DNA of 64,000 nt from Prorocentrum cordatum (Eukaryota): positions 124,001 through 188,000 of the forward strand of contig CAUYUJ010000170.1 in assembly GCA_963575745.1 (NCBI GenBank). Direction: 5' to 3'. Below are positions 50,830 to 63,039 of the stretch, one piece after another (position 1 is the stretch's first letter; each line of letters opens with the position of its first letter). The notes beneath the pieces were generated by a model that did not search any database, was not told where the DNA came from, and saw only the letters and a program-made list of their open reading frames with translations. Made by a program: the position numbers and the translations under genes.

Positions 50830-51420
50830 CGCGGATCGTGGCCTCATAGGGAGCTGCACCTACGGCCCCAATGGGTGCGTTTGCACCCCCACGTTTCGCG
50901 ACCCACCCACGGCCTCATCGTGCGCGACCGCGTGCCGCCGCCTCTCCCATGCCGGCACACCCCGTCACACTTTCCGTGACCCCAAAAGAAATTCCACCTG
51001 TGGCCCCAGTGGCCGCCTCTGCATGCCGCCGCCCCACCGCTTGCGGCATACCCCTCACGCGCTTGGTGCCCCCGTAGGAAATTCCACCTGCCCGCATGTC
51101 CCAAACCGCATATGTCGGCACACCCCTAACATGGAGCATGCCCCAAAAGGGCTTCAGCGCCCCCGCGAGGTTTGCCCCGCCGCCCACATGTCCTCACTGC
51201 CCCGCCGGGCGCGAGCTGCATGCAAAACTGGGAGAAGTGCCGCATGCGTGCCTGCGTCCATGTCGACGCGCCCCTCACGCGCTTCGCGGCCCCACAGGGG
51301 GCTCCACTGACGGCCCCCAGTGGCAGCGCCAGCATGCGTGCCCGCGATCCTGTCGGCATACCCCTCACACCCCTCGTGACCCCAGCGGGAGCTCCGCCAG
51401 AGGCCCCAATGGCGGCGCCC
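50830..51420. repeat. Degenerate GGAGCTCC minisatellite array
   Basis: Same unit family as 32706-33400, more diverged. Confidence 0.7.
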
Positions 51421-51844
51421 GCGCGGCTCAAGTGGCATCCATCTTGTGGCACGCGATCTAGAAGGAGGATCCACATCGCACGCCATTCGCAGCTTGAGCG
51501 CCTCTCTCGTTCGCATCACCTGCCTTGCGTCACTCGCAGCTGCAGATGGTTCGGCCCTTCGTCGGGACTGCACCATGAACCGCATCACGAGAGCCGACCA
51601 AGGTGAAACGGTTGTCCTGCGAGCGCGGTTGAAACCCTGCCGACCGATTGCGACTGCGCGGTCCCAGCGAGAGAAACATCGATACGAAGTCACCCTAGAA
51701 GCGTATCGGCGCCATGTGGTGGAGAAGAAAAGGACGAGGCCGACGAGGCGGGGCAGATCACAGCAGCAATATAAGCGATCGCAGCTGGAAGCGGGCGGCG
51801 TGGCCAACAAAATGACGCCAGGATATGGAGAAGGAGGAGGAGGA

Positions 51845-52440
51845 CTAGTGTAAACCGAAAACCATCAACGATGCTGCAACAAACCCTCCCTCCAAGCTGC
51901 CTCTTCAAAGGTCCCTACAAAGATATAATTTCACTAAGGGAAGTGCCCTGTTGGAAGACAACCGTTCGGAAATCCTGAGCCGTGCCAGGACACCATTCCT
52001 GGGACTTCAACGCCGAGAATCAGCCTCACTGTTGCGTCCTAGCGATCCTGAATCATGCCAGAACGCAATTTCTGCGAATCGGCGTGGCTGCTGCGGCCTG
52101 CCAGGACTACGTCGTGTCAAAACACCAGTTCTGGGACGCCAGCCATAAGAACCCTTGGAACTGCTGTAAACTCGTACGACGAATGTGCGCGGCGCTAAGG
52201 CGAGAACCACATGTTGAAAACCGCCCGCCCTCAACCCGTTAAGCCCGGGCACACTTTTAAAACGAATGCACGCGGCGCTAAGGCAAGTGCCACATTTGAA
52301 AAACAGCCCACCCTCCATACGTGAAGATGTTGCAAATCCCACAAAGCTTCACGATCATAAGTGGTGAGAGAGTCTCGAGCGACATGCCTGGCCCACCCTA
52401 CGTCACGAGCGCGACTGGGAAGAGTTACTCATAAAGGAGT
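51845..52440 (-). mobile_element. Family A copy
   Basis: Minus strand ends GGTTTACACTAG|TCCTCC. Confidence 0.75.
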
Positions 52441-52529
52441 GGAAGAGGAGGATGACGCCGGCGACGACGAGAGGAGAGCGCAAGGATAAAGCCCCGGAAT
52501 GTGCCACTCCAGACTTTCGCTAGCAAAAT

Positions 52530-55500
52530 TACTCCGACGGTAGGGCCCCACATGAGAATCTGTTTAGCTTACCCTTTGCCCTTTCCTCCTCCCCCTGGCG
52601 GACACCCTCTCCTCTCGCCCACTGCACTGCCCTCTCTTCCCCCTTCTATTTCTCTTCCTCCTCCTCTTTCTCCTCCTCCTCCTCCTCCTCCTCCTCCTCC
52701 TCCTCCTCTTCCTCCTCCTCCTCCTCCTCTCGGCCCACCTCCTCCTCGTCGTCGGCCTCCCCCATGCCCCTTCCCTCCTCATCCCCCTGCCTTTTCTCCA
52801 TGTGCACCTCCCCTTCCCCCTCGTCGGGGCAAGCAAATCCATTTTCCTCAGCGCCGTCGCCGCCTCGGCCAGCGCACGCGCGTGTGCCGACGGCTAGATC
52901 GCGAAGCCGTCGGGACAAACCTTCGGGCTGGGCCGTAGGCTCCCGCTCGAGACTTCCTCCATATTCAAGTCTCAAGAGCCCAAAAGTGACGACAGTTGCA
53001 CGTTGCGGATGACCCGCTCGGATTCGAACATGAAGTGCGGGCCCCATAGGGAGGGGGCTCCCGCGTGAGACTTCCTCACAATTCACTCACAGACGAGGCT
53101 CCCGCCTGATACTTCCTCCATTTCAAGCCTCAAGAGCCCAAAAGTGACGACAATTACACGTTGCGGATGACCCGCTCGGATTCACACATGAAGTGCGGGC
53201 CCCATAGGGAGGGGGCTCCCGCCTGAGACTTCCTTGCAATTCACTCACAGACGAGGCTTCCGCTCGAGACTTCCTCCATATTCAACTAGAACCACGCGCG
53301 CGCTTCGCGCGCGCTTAGGTTCTAGCTAGGAGGCGAGCTTGAGTCAACGAAAGTCGCAGGGAAGGGGGCAGGGGGAAGAAGGCCAGAGAGCGCTGAAGGA
53401 TACAAATACTGGAACCCTCTTGTGATTTTGTGGGGGGCCTCGTCCGGCCGCTCGCTGGGAGTTTGACGTAGCTTCTCGGGAGCCTCTGAACCTGTCGGGG
53501 GCCTCCTGGAAGCAGGTTCGAAGCATTTTGGGGGCCGATTTGGGGCTTCTCGGGGCCTCCTTTGGGCCTCTTGGGGGTCTCCTGGGGCCTCTTGAGGGGC
53601 CTCCTTGGGGCCTCCTGGCGGCCTCTTGGGGCGGAAGGCTCGAGCTTGCGGTTCGTGGTCCCCCTCTGGGCCCCCTCTTGGGCCCGTCTTGGGGCCCTCT
53701 TGGGCCATCTTGGGCGCCTCTTGGGCCGTCTTGGGGCCCTCTTGGGCTGTCCTGGGGCCCTCTTGGAAGCTTCTTGGGCCGTCTTGGGGCGGTCTTGGGC
53801 GCCTCTTGGGCCGTCCTGTAACGTCGGAAAGCCCAAAAGGCGACTTTGTGAAAAATGTACGTTTTACGAAGGGAATGGGCCAATTTTTGCGTCTAGGGGC
53901 CCTCTTGGGACGCATGTTGGAGGCTTCTTGGGGCGTCTTGGGGGCGTCCTTGGACGTCTGGGGTCTCCTGGGGCCTCTTGAGGGGCCTCCTGGGGGCCTC
54001 CTGGCGGCCTCTTGGGGCGGAAGGCTCGAGCTTGCGGTTCGTGGTCCCCCTCTGGGCCCCCTCTTGGGCCCGTCTTGGGGCCCTCTTGGGCCATCTTGGG
54101 CGCCTCTTGGGCCGTCTTGGGGCCCTCTTGGGCTGTCCTGGGGCCCTCTTGGAAGCTTCTTGGGCCGTCTTGGGGCGGTCTTGGGCGCCTCTTGGGCCGT
54201 CCTGTAACGTCGGAAAGCCCAAAAGGCGACTTTGTGAAAAAGTTACGTTTTACGAAGGGAATGGGTCAATTTTTGCGTCTAGGGGCCTTCTTGGGACGCA
54301 TGTTGGAGGCTTCTTGGGGCGTCTTGGGGGCGTCCTTGGACGTCTGGGGTCTCCTGGGGCCTCTTGAGGGGCCTCCTGGGGGCCTCCTGGCGGCCTCTTG
54401 GGGCGGAAGGCTCGAGCTTGCGGTTCGTGGTCCCCCTCTGGGCCCCCTCTTGGGCCCGTCTTGGGGCCCTCTTGGGCCATCTTGGGCGCCTCTTGGGCCG
54501 TCTTGGGGCCCTCTTGGGCTGTCCTGGGGCCCTCTTGGAAGCTTCTTGGGCCGTCTTGGGGCGGTCTTGGGCGCCTCTTGGGCCGTCCTGTAACGTCGGA
54601 AAGCCCAAAAGACAACTTTGTTGAAAATGTACGTTTTACGAAGGGAATGGGCCAATTTTTGCGTCTAGGGGCCCTCTTGGGACGCATGTTGGAGGCTTCT
54701 TGGGGCCTCTTGGGGGCGTCCTTGGACGTCTGGAGGCCATCTTCAGCATCTCGGAGCCCTCTTGGAGGCCTCTTGGAAGTTTCTTGGGCCGTCTTGGGCG
54801 CTTCTGGGGCCGTCTTGTCTGACCGGGGAGGCCTCCGGCAAGCCCCGACGAGCCTCCGGGCCCCCCGGGGCGCACATTTGTGGTCGAGGTCCCGGCCCCG
54901 GGCCCCCGGACCCGGTGCGCCGTTATATGTATAATCTCAAGAGCCCCAAAGTGACGACAGTTACACGTTGCGGATGACCCGCTCGGATTCCTCCCGCCTG
55001 ATACTTCCTCCATATTCAGGCCTCAAGAGCCCAAAAGTGACGACAGTTACACGTTGCGGATGACCCGCTCGGATTCAAACATGAAGTGCGGGCCCCATAA
55101 GGAGAAGACTCCCGCCTGAGACTTCCTCGCAATTCACTCACAGACGAGGCTCCCGCTCGAGACTTCCTCCATATTCAAATCTCAAGAGCCCAAAAGTGAC
55201 GACAGTTGCACGTTGCGGATGACCCGCTCGGATTCAAACATGAAGTGCGGGCCCCATAGGGAGGGGGCTCCCGCCTGAGACTTAATTCACTCACAGACGA
55301 GGCTCCCGCCTGATACTTCCTCCATATTCAGGCCTCAAGAGCCCAACAGTGACGACTGCTACACGTTGCGGATGACCCGCTCGGATTCAAACATGAAGTG
55401 CGGGCCCCATAGGGAGAAGGCTCCCGCCTGAGACTTCCTCGCAATTCACTCACAGACGAGGCTCTCAAGAGCCCAAAAGTGACGACAGTTGCACGTTGCG

Positions 55501-56041
55501 GATGACCCGCTCGGATTCAAACATGAAGTGCTGGCCCCATAGGGAGGGGGCTCCCGCCTGAGACTTCCTCACAATTCACTCACAGACGAGGCTCCCGCTC
55601 GAGACTTCCTCCATTTTCAGGCCTCAAGAGCCCAAAAGTGACGACAGTTACACGTTGAGGATGACCCGCTCGGATTCAAACATGAAGTGCGGGCCCCATA
55701 GGGAGAAGGCTCCCGCCTGAGACTTCCTCGCAATTCACTCACAGACGAGGCTCCCGCCTGATACTTCCTCCATATTCAGGCCTCAAGTCAGCGAGTAGTG
55801 ATGATGATGATGATGATGATGATGATCGTTCGATGCCGATGATGGTGAGTGATCGTTGGATGGTGATGGTGATGCTGATGGTGATGATGATGATGAGTGG
55901 GGAGTGATGGTGATGGTGATGATGATGCGGAGGAGGAAGCAAAGAGGAGCAGAGGAGAGGGAGGAGGAGGAGGAGGAGGAGGAGAGATCCTGCGCGGAGG
56001 GTGTGCAGAGAAAACAAGAACCCCACTTAGGATGTGGAGAA
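52530..56041 (-). mobile_element. Helentron/DINE-like modular element E3 with a central array of about 158-bp repeats (52937-53285 and 54935-55787)
   Basis: Left (+) end TACTCCGACGGTA hairpin plus CCCCACAT; right end CCCCACTTAGGATGTGGAGAA; (GAT)n and (GGA)n next to the head. Confidence 0.65.
53286..54934 (-). mobile_element. Non-autonomous Helitron-like insertion carrying about three 386-bp tandem units
   Basis: It splits one 158-bp unit (ATTCAA|...|TCTCAAG) with no TSD. The minus-strand 3' end is a GCGCGCGC-GAA-GCGCGCGC hairpin followed by GTGGTTCTAG, then T. The 5' end is AT-rich TATACATATAA. Confidence 0.75.
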
Positions 56042-56214
56042 AAAAACCTTGCTCCGCCGACATCCGCTCCTCCACCTCCCCTCTACTCCACCTCCCTTCT
56101 GCCCTCCTCTCCCCCTCCTCCGCGCCCCCTCCTCCCCTCTCCCTCGCCTCCCACTCCCTGCCTCATCTCTCCGCCCCGCCGCCCGATCCCCACTGCCCTT
56201 GTCCCCCCTCGGAC

Positions 56215-56310
56215 CGATGGTCGAGAGCTGGCAGTGTTGTGGAGAATGTCGCTGACGATGAGAAGGCGCGACATCTTGAGTGTCATCTCCGTCTCCAGGA
56301 TCGTGAGCGC
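56215..56310 (-). CDS. U2SURP: Internal exon A of U2SURP/SR140-like gene (ALTILETEMTLKMSRLLIVSDILHNTASSRPS)
   Basis: 96 nt with acceptor tcgccag|GCG and donor TCG|gtccga; carries the CID signature RLxxVSDILHN. Confidence 0.9.
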
Positions 56311-57349
56311 CTGGCGAGGAGAGGAAAGATGATGAGGAAATACGTCAACTTTTTTCCGAAGCTGATCTCGGGCCCACTGCTCGCCCAAATCGACAACATC
56401 ATCCCTAACCGTATCGCGGAACATCCGTTTGATTATGTGCCCCCTCCCTGCTGTGCGTCCTCACTGCTTTAAATCAAACCGTATGTCGAACTGGGTCGTC
56501 TACATGCATTCACATGTAGATATACATGTGTATATGAGCACCGATGTAATACCGCTGTGTTGCACATGTGTATATATAGCATGTACAACACGGCATGACG
56601 CGTGCATGTGCATGGCTGTCTACAAATGAATATGGTATGCGCATGTGCTCACAAGTTTGTCTGAATCCGCCGACCCTGCTGGCGCGTATGAGGCTGAGTC
56701 TTGGGTGGTCCACGGGTGGTCCTAGGAGACGATTTCCATCCCAAACCTCCCCAATGCCCTGCGGCCACCTGGAGCTCTCCAAAACGGCTGGCCCGACATA
56801 AGTCACCCCAGGTCGCAGTCGAGCCGAAGAGAAGCCCCGTCCCATTGACCCCTCGCCTTTCAGGAAAAGAGGGGTGGTCCAGGGTTTGGCCCGGGGAAAG
56901 GTCCCAAAGGGGGTCCCAGGGGAGTGTCTCCGGGTTGGTGCGCCCCCCCGCCCCCTCCTGCTCCCCCCCCCCCTCCCCGAAGCGACTCGGGCGACCTTGG
57001 GCCACTTCGATCAGTTTTGGGCCACATGGGCCCGCTGGAGCCCCCTCGTGGCAAACCTCGGCGCGGTTGGCAGTCTCGCGGGCCGTCTTCGAGATCCCGG
57101 AAGCGGACCAAAGAGACACACATCGGCTGAACCCCTAGAAAATGCAGTGCCATGTTGACACTATCGCCGCATCGGTCGCGAGAGCGTCCAAGACGGCCCA
57201 GGAAACCCCAAACACAAGCCCCTGATGGCCCAATGGGGCCCCCAAGCGGTTACCCTCGTCAAGGATCTGGCTCGAGTAGATCCTTTCCCCCATCAGCTCC
57301 ACCTCATCCCCCTCTTTCTCCTCCTCCTCCTTCTCCTCTTCCTCCAAAT

Positions 57350-58180
57350 CACTTGTTCTAAATAACTCCTCCCTGTCGCACCCCGAGGCCAGTCGGAAGG
57401 GCGGGCCGGGCGTTTCGCTTTAGACTTACTTACCCTTTATCATCCTGGAGCTTACGACGTGGCAATGATTTCACGACTGGTGGGCGGGTGGCCTTCAAAA
57501 TGTAACTCCCGCTTTAGCGCCGCGCGCATCCGCCTAGAACACTTGCAAGAGCTTCACGGATTGAGGGCGGGTGGTTTTCACTATGTGGTTCACGCCTTGG
57601 CGCTGTAAACACTTGTAAGGGCTTCACGGATTGAGGGCGAGGGGGGGTCAAAATGTTGCTGTCGCCTTGGCACCACGCACATTAGTTTAAACAACTGCAA
57701 GGGCTTAACAGATTGAGGGTGGGTCGTTTTCAAAACGTTGTTCTTGCCTTAGCGCCGCGCGCACATTAAAAGATCGCAAACGCTTCGCGGATTGAGGGCA
57801 GCTCTTTGTAAACATTTGGCTTTCGCCTGAGCGCCGCGCACATGTTAAACGTTTCACGGATTCCCATGGCTAGTGTATATAAATAACCTTTTGGAAGGAC
57901 TCAAGATTGTCAGGGCGCAACTGTTACGATGATTCGCGGTTCTGAAGTCCTTGGAACGGCGTACTGGCACGATGCAGGAGCGTCAAACCACAACAGTCCA
58001 GTTGACTCGTGGCGTTGGAATCCCGGAAATAATGCTCTGGCGCATCTCAGGATCTTCAAACGGTGGCCCCCAACGGGGCACTTCCCTCAGAGGAAATGAA
58101 TCCTTCTAGGGGCCTAAGAAGAGGGAGCCTGGAGGGAAGCTTGATTCAAACATCGTTGATGCCTCTTGGGTTTATATGGT
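57350..58180 (+). mobile_element. Family A copy
   Basis: Head TAACTCCTCCCTGTCGCACCCC, 60-bp units, tail TTGGGTTTATATGG|TCCTCC. Confidence 0.8.
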
Positions 58181-59129
58181 CCTCCTCCTCTTCCTCTTCC
58201 TTTTCCTCCTCCTCGTCTTCCTCTTCAAAGCTCCCTGCCAAGCCCCCCTCTCCGAAGCAAATATGGACGCACTCCAATGCCTCTGAGGACTCCAATGCCT
58301 CTGAGGATGCTGCATGTGCAGAAGTACTATGGCGAAAAATACGCCTCCTGGGCGGTAGTTCAGTGCTCTGGTGGGGCACCGGGATTGGCAACCAGATTGA
58401 TCGCGGTGAAATGCTGGCGATGGCGATGATGAAAACAATAGAAGTCATGAAAGAAGAACCAACCAGATGCAGCGCGTGAACTCTGCTGTGCTGGAGGTGC
58501 CCCCAACCACGTAGCGCCCCGTGCAACATAATTGGGTCAAAAAGTCTGTCTCCCACCAGGGCGCCATGTGCTGTAGAAAAATAGAGAAACTGCAGCAGCA
58601 TACGATTCCATCATATTCAATCCACCACCGTGCCCTGAGACACGATTTGGTGTGTCCTCAAGTCCCTTCGAATTCTCTGTAATGGGTTCTGAAAATGTCG
58701 AATGGCAATGCCATTCGACATTTTCAGAACTAGGCTGTAAGTCTTCTTCGGAGCTTCCTTTTTCTGAGCTGTAGGTCGGAGGTCTTCTGGATGCATGTGA
58801 GGACATCTTTGAGAAAGCGTGATTCGTCGCCGCTTTGCTATGGAAGACCCCCCCCTTTCCCTCCGGATCCCAGGGGTCCCCCCGCCGCCTCCCGAAAATC
58901 CCCTCCTCCTTTCACGAACCCCCCCCTTTCCGGTACGAAACCCCTCCCCGCCAATCCCCCAAACCCCCCACAACACCACGGGGTTCACCACCAGTTCGAA
59001 CCTCCCCCCTCCACCTTCCCGAAAACCGACGGGGCTTCACTACCGGTTTGAACCCCCCCGCCCCCACCCCAAGAAAACCTGGAGAGATCACTATATGTAT
59101 GAATCTTATTATAATTCTCTACAAAAGGA

Positions 59130-59705
59130 CTCCCATTGTAATCCCCCACAAAAAATACATTGTAATCCGCCACAAAATAAATCCGTTTGTAATCCGCCAC
59201 AAAAGCAATCCATATACCATACACCACAGAAGGAGTCAATTTGCAATCCGCCACAAAGAAATTCAAATTGTAATTCGCCACAAGAGGGATCCAATCGTAG
59301 TCCGCCACACAAGGAATCCATGTGTAACCCAGCACACAAAGGAATCAATTTGCATTCCAAAACCAAACGAATACATTTGTAATCCGCCACAAAACGAATA
59401 CATGTGTAATCCGCCACAAATGGAATACATTTATTATCCGCCACACAAAGAATCCACTTGTAACCCGCCACGAAGGGAATCAACGTGCACTCCGACACAT
59501 ATTAATCCGCCACCAAAAAATTGATGTATAATCCGCCACAAACGAAGCAACTAATAATCCGCCACACCTGGAATCCATTTGTAATCCGCAGCAAAAGAAT
59601 CCATCTGAAATCCGCCACAGAGGAAATAACTTGAAATCCGCTACGAAGGGAATCAATGTGCACCCCGCTGCAAAAGAAATGCCATATTCTTCCGCCACAA
59701 AAGAA
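59130..59705. repeat. AT-rich array of about 29 bp (TTGTAATCCGCCACAAAAGGAATC), continuing at 62021-62500
   Basis: The same unit lies on both sides of element E2. Confidence 0.85.
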
Positions 59706-62020
59706 TACCCGGGCGACGTACCCAACCCTTGCGCAATGCGGGACATTAGTACATCAGGATTGCTACAACGGGGGCGATGACGTAACATAGACGCCAGTGA
59801 ATTTGCGACAAAAAATCGGAAGGCTCGCAGGCCCCCGATCAAGATATAAGGGCCACGTAATAACAAATCACCCCCGTTGGCTGTGCCATGCACCCGTTGC
59901 ACCCAACGTATCCCACAGCAGCTCTTCAGAGCCCCCGCGGGATACCTGTAGGCGCAACGCTATGGCCATCGCCCGGCAGATGGTCTGTTTCACGACTCAC
60001 CCCCGTTGTCTGTGCCATGCGCCCGTTGCGCCCAAAGTATCCCGCAGCAGCTCTCCAGAGCCCCCCAGGGACGGCGAGGTCTCGCTCAAGCCCCCGCGGT
60101 GCCGCACTCCGCTGGACTCAGCACCAGCCGTCGAAAGTGGCAACAGTGTCGCAGATCGCAGCCCCCCAGGGACGGCGAGATCTCGCTCAGGTCCCCGCGG
60201 TGCCTCAGTCCGCTGGACACAGCCGCAGCCCCCGAAACCCGAAAGTGGCGACAATGTCGCAGATCGCACCCCCCCCAGGGACGGCGAGGTCTCGCTCAGG
60301 TCCCCGCGGTGCCTTACTCTGCTGGACCCAGCAGCAGCCGTCGAAAGTGGCGACAGTGTCGCAGATCGCAGCCCCCCCCCCCCCCAGGGACGGCGAGGTC
60401 TCGCTCAGGTCCCCGCGGTGCCTCACTTTGCTGGACCCACCAGCAGCCGTCGAAAGTGGCGACAGTGTCGCAGATCGCAGTCCCCCCAGGGACGGCGAGG
60501 TCTCGCTCAGGTCCCCGCGGTGCCTCAGTCCGCTTGACCCAACAGCAGACATCGAAAGTGGCGATAGTGTCGCACATCGCAGCCCCCCCCCACGGACGGC
60601 GAGGTCTCGCTCAGGTCCCCGCGGTGCCTCACCCCGCTGGACCCAACAGCAGGCCCCCGAAAGTGGCGACAATGTCGCAGATCGCAGCCCCCCCAGGGAC
60701 GGCGAGGTCTCGCTCAGGTCCCCGCGGTGCCTTACTCTGCTGGACCCAGCAGCAGCCGTCGAAAGCGACAGTGTCGCAGATCGCAGCCCCCCGGGGACGG
60801 CGAGGTCTCGCTCAGGTCCCCGCGGTGCCTCACTTTGCTGGACCCACCAGCAGCCGTCGAAAGTGGCAGCAGTATCGCAGATCGCATCCTCCCCAGGGAC
60901 GGCGAGGTTTCGCTCAGGCCCCCGCGGTGCCTCATCCCGCTGGACCCAGCAGCAGCCATCGAAAATGGCGACAGTGTCGCAGATCGCAGCCCCCCCCCCC
61001 AGGGACGGCGAAGTCTCGCTCACGTCCCCGCGGTGCCTCACTCCGCTGGACCCAGCACCAGCCGTCGAAAGTGGCGACAATGTCGCAGATCGCAGCCCCC
61101 CAGGCACGGCGAGGTCTCGCTCAGGTCCTCGCGGTGCCTCACTCTGCTGGACCCACCAGCAACCCTCGAAAGTGGCGACAGTGCCGCAGATCGCAGCACC
61201 CCCAGGGACGGCGAGGTTTCGCTCAGGTCCCCGCGGTGCCTTACCCCGCTGGACCCAGCGCCAGCCGTCGAAAGTGGCGACAGTGTCGCAGATCGCAGTC
61301 CCCCCAGGGACGGCGAGGTCTCGCTCAGGCCCCCGTGGTGCCTCACTCCGCTGGACCTTCCAGCAACCCTCGAACGTGAGGACAGTGTCGCAGATCGCAA
61401 CCCCCCCCCAAGGGACGGCAAGGTCTCGCTCAGGTCACCGCGGTGCCTCACCCCGCTGGAACCAACAGCAGCCCCCGAAAGTGGCGACAGTGTCGCAGAT
61501 CGCACACCCCCCAGGGACGGCGAGGTCTCGCTCACGTCCCGCGGTGCCTCACCCCGCTGGACCCAGCACCAGCCCCCGAAAGTGAGGACAGTGTCGCAGA
61601 TCGGAGTCCCCCAAGGACGGCGAGGTCTCGCTCAGGTCCCCGCGGTGCCTCACTCCGCTGGACCCACGAGCAGCCCTCGAAAGTGGCGACAATGTCGCAG
61701 ATCGCAGCCCCCCAAGGACGGCGAGGTCTCGCTCAAGTCCCCGCGGTTCCTCACTCCGCAGGACCCACCAGCAGCCCTCGAAAGTGGCGACCGTGTCACA
61801 GGTCGCAGCCCGTTGGCAAGATGTACAGACAAGAGGTACCGCAGCCAGGATGCCCACACACAGACACACACACACACACACACACGAGGTACGCGCAAAG
61901 CAAGAGGAGACAAGACGGAAGCGGGAGACGGGAGGCGGGAGGAGGAGGAGGAGGAGGAGGAGGACTGGAGACCACAGTGCCCTATTCAAAACGAATGCCC
62001 AACCAAGGAGGGTTGGGAAA
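59706..62020 (-). mobile_element. Helentron/DINE-like modular element E2 with a central array of about 100-bp repeats (about 17 units, 60061-61810)
   Basis: Left (+) end TACCCGGGCGACGTACCCAACCC; right end CCCAACCAAGGAGGGTTGGGAAA; it interrupts the 29-bp array at GAA|TACAT. Confidence 0.75.
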
Positions 62021-62559
62021 TACATCTGTCATCTGCCACGAAAGAAATTAACTTGCAATCCGCCTCGAAAGAAATCCATTTGCCCCCCCCAACTAAAGGA
62101 ATCGTTGATAGTAAACTCTCACAAAAGGGAATACTACTATAGTACTCTACACAAGGAAGTATGTTGTTGTCCCCACAAGGATAATCCGATTGCAAGCTGT
62201 CACAAAAAGACATTAAATTGCAATCTCCCACAAACAGGAACCCGATTGCATCCTCCACAAAGGAATCCGATCGTACATTTTCCCAGGCAAAATCATGATG
62301 TAACCCTCAACAAACGAATATGATTGAAATCCCACAGAAAGCCAAATTCAATTACACCCCTTTCACAGACGCAATCCTATTGCAACCTCCCACAGAAGGG
62401 ATCGCACTGCAATCCTTTACGAAAGGAATCTTATTGTAGCCCTCCAGGAAAATCCGATTGTAAACTCTCACAGAAAGAACCCGATTGGAATCCCACTGTA
62501 CCTCTGCCCATTATTCCATTGTCACACTGTCCCCACTGTCTCACTGTCCTTCTGCCCCC

Positions 62560-62742
62560 GCCACCGTCGTCGTCGTCGTGGTCCCCGTCGCTGTCGCGGT
62601 CGTCGTCGTCGTCGTCGTCGTTGTCGTCGTCGTCGCCGTCGTCTTCGTCGTCGTGGTCAGCGTCGGCGTCGACGTCCTCGTCGTCGTCGTCGTTCTCGGC
62701 TCGGCGTCGGCGTCGGCGACGGCGTCGTCGTCGTCGTCGTTG
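62560..62742. repeat. (GTC)n microsatellite
   Basis: Read directly from the sequence. Confidence 0.9.
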
Positions 62743-63039
62743 TGGACATGATATCCCGCGGGTGGAAAAGAACTGCTTCGCCCTGACCCACGTGTGGGCC
62801 AAGCAAGACTGGCGGATGCAAAAACTGCTGCAGCAATGTTCCGATAGCACCGTCCTCGGACATGAAATCGCTTCCCGTCGAGACTGTCGCGGATGGCCCC
62901 GCGCCGAGCCCCCCCCCATAATGCGCTTGGAGTTCTGATGAGCACTGGGATTGGCATTCTGCCAGGCGCCCAAGAACTTCTCCCATTCTGCCCGCGGGGG
63001 GGGCCCGACCGCCAATGAGCGCCCGCCGCGCGTGCTTTG

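Larger units (their letters stand above)
12348..56310 (-). other. U2SURP: Span of the identifiable part of a giant-intron gene encoding a CID-domain protein (U2SURP/SR140-like); both ends of the gene are unidentified or outside the window
   Basis: Five exons splice in frame to ALTILETEMTLKMSRLLIVSDILHNTASSRPS-AWAYRREFEKSLPDIMEHFNIAIARA-DSKLQAEKAKEQ-VMRILRVWE-DWGLFAPSFIRGLEASVAVGVKRL. This matches the SR140 CID pattern (K..RL.LVSD.L.N, A..YR..F...L..I, V...L..WE.W..F...F..GL). All acceptors are AG|G. Introns are 22015, 5228, 8370 and 8039 bp. Confidence 0.85.

Noticed and set aside
59888..62142. Long ORFs of 565, 457 and 471 aa
   Set aside because: They are open in several frames only because the 100-bp GC-rich repeat lacks stops; no domain is recognisable.
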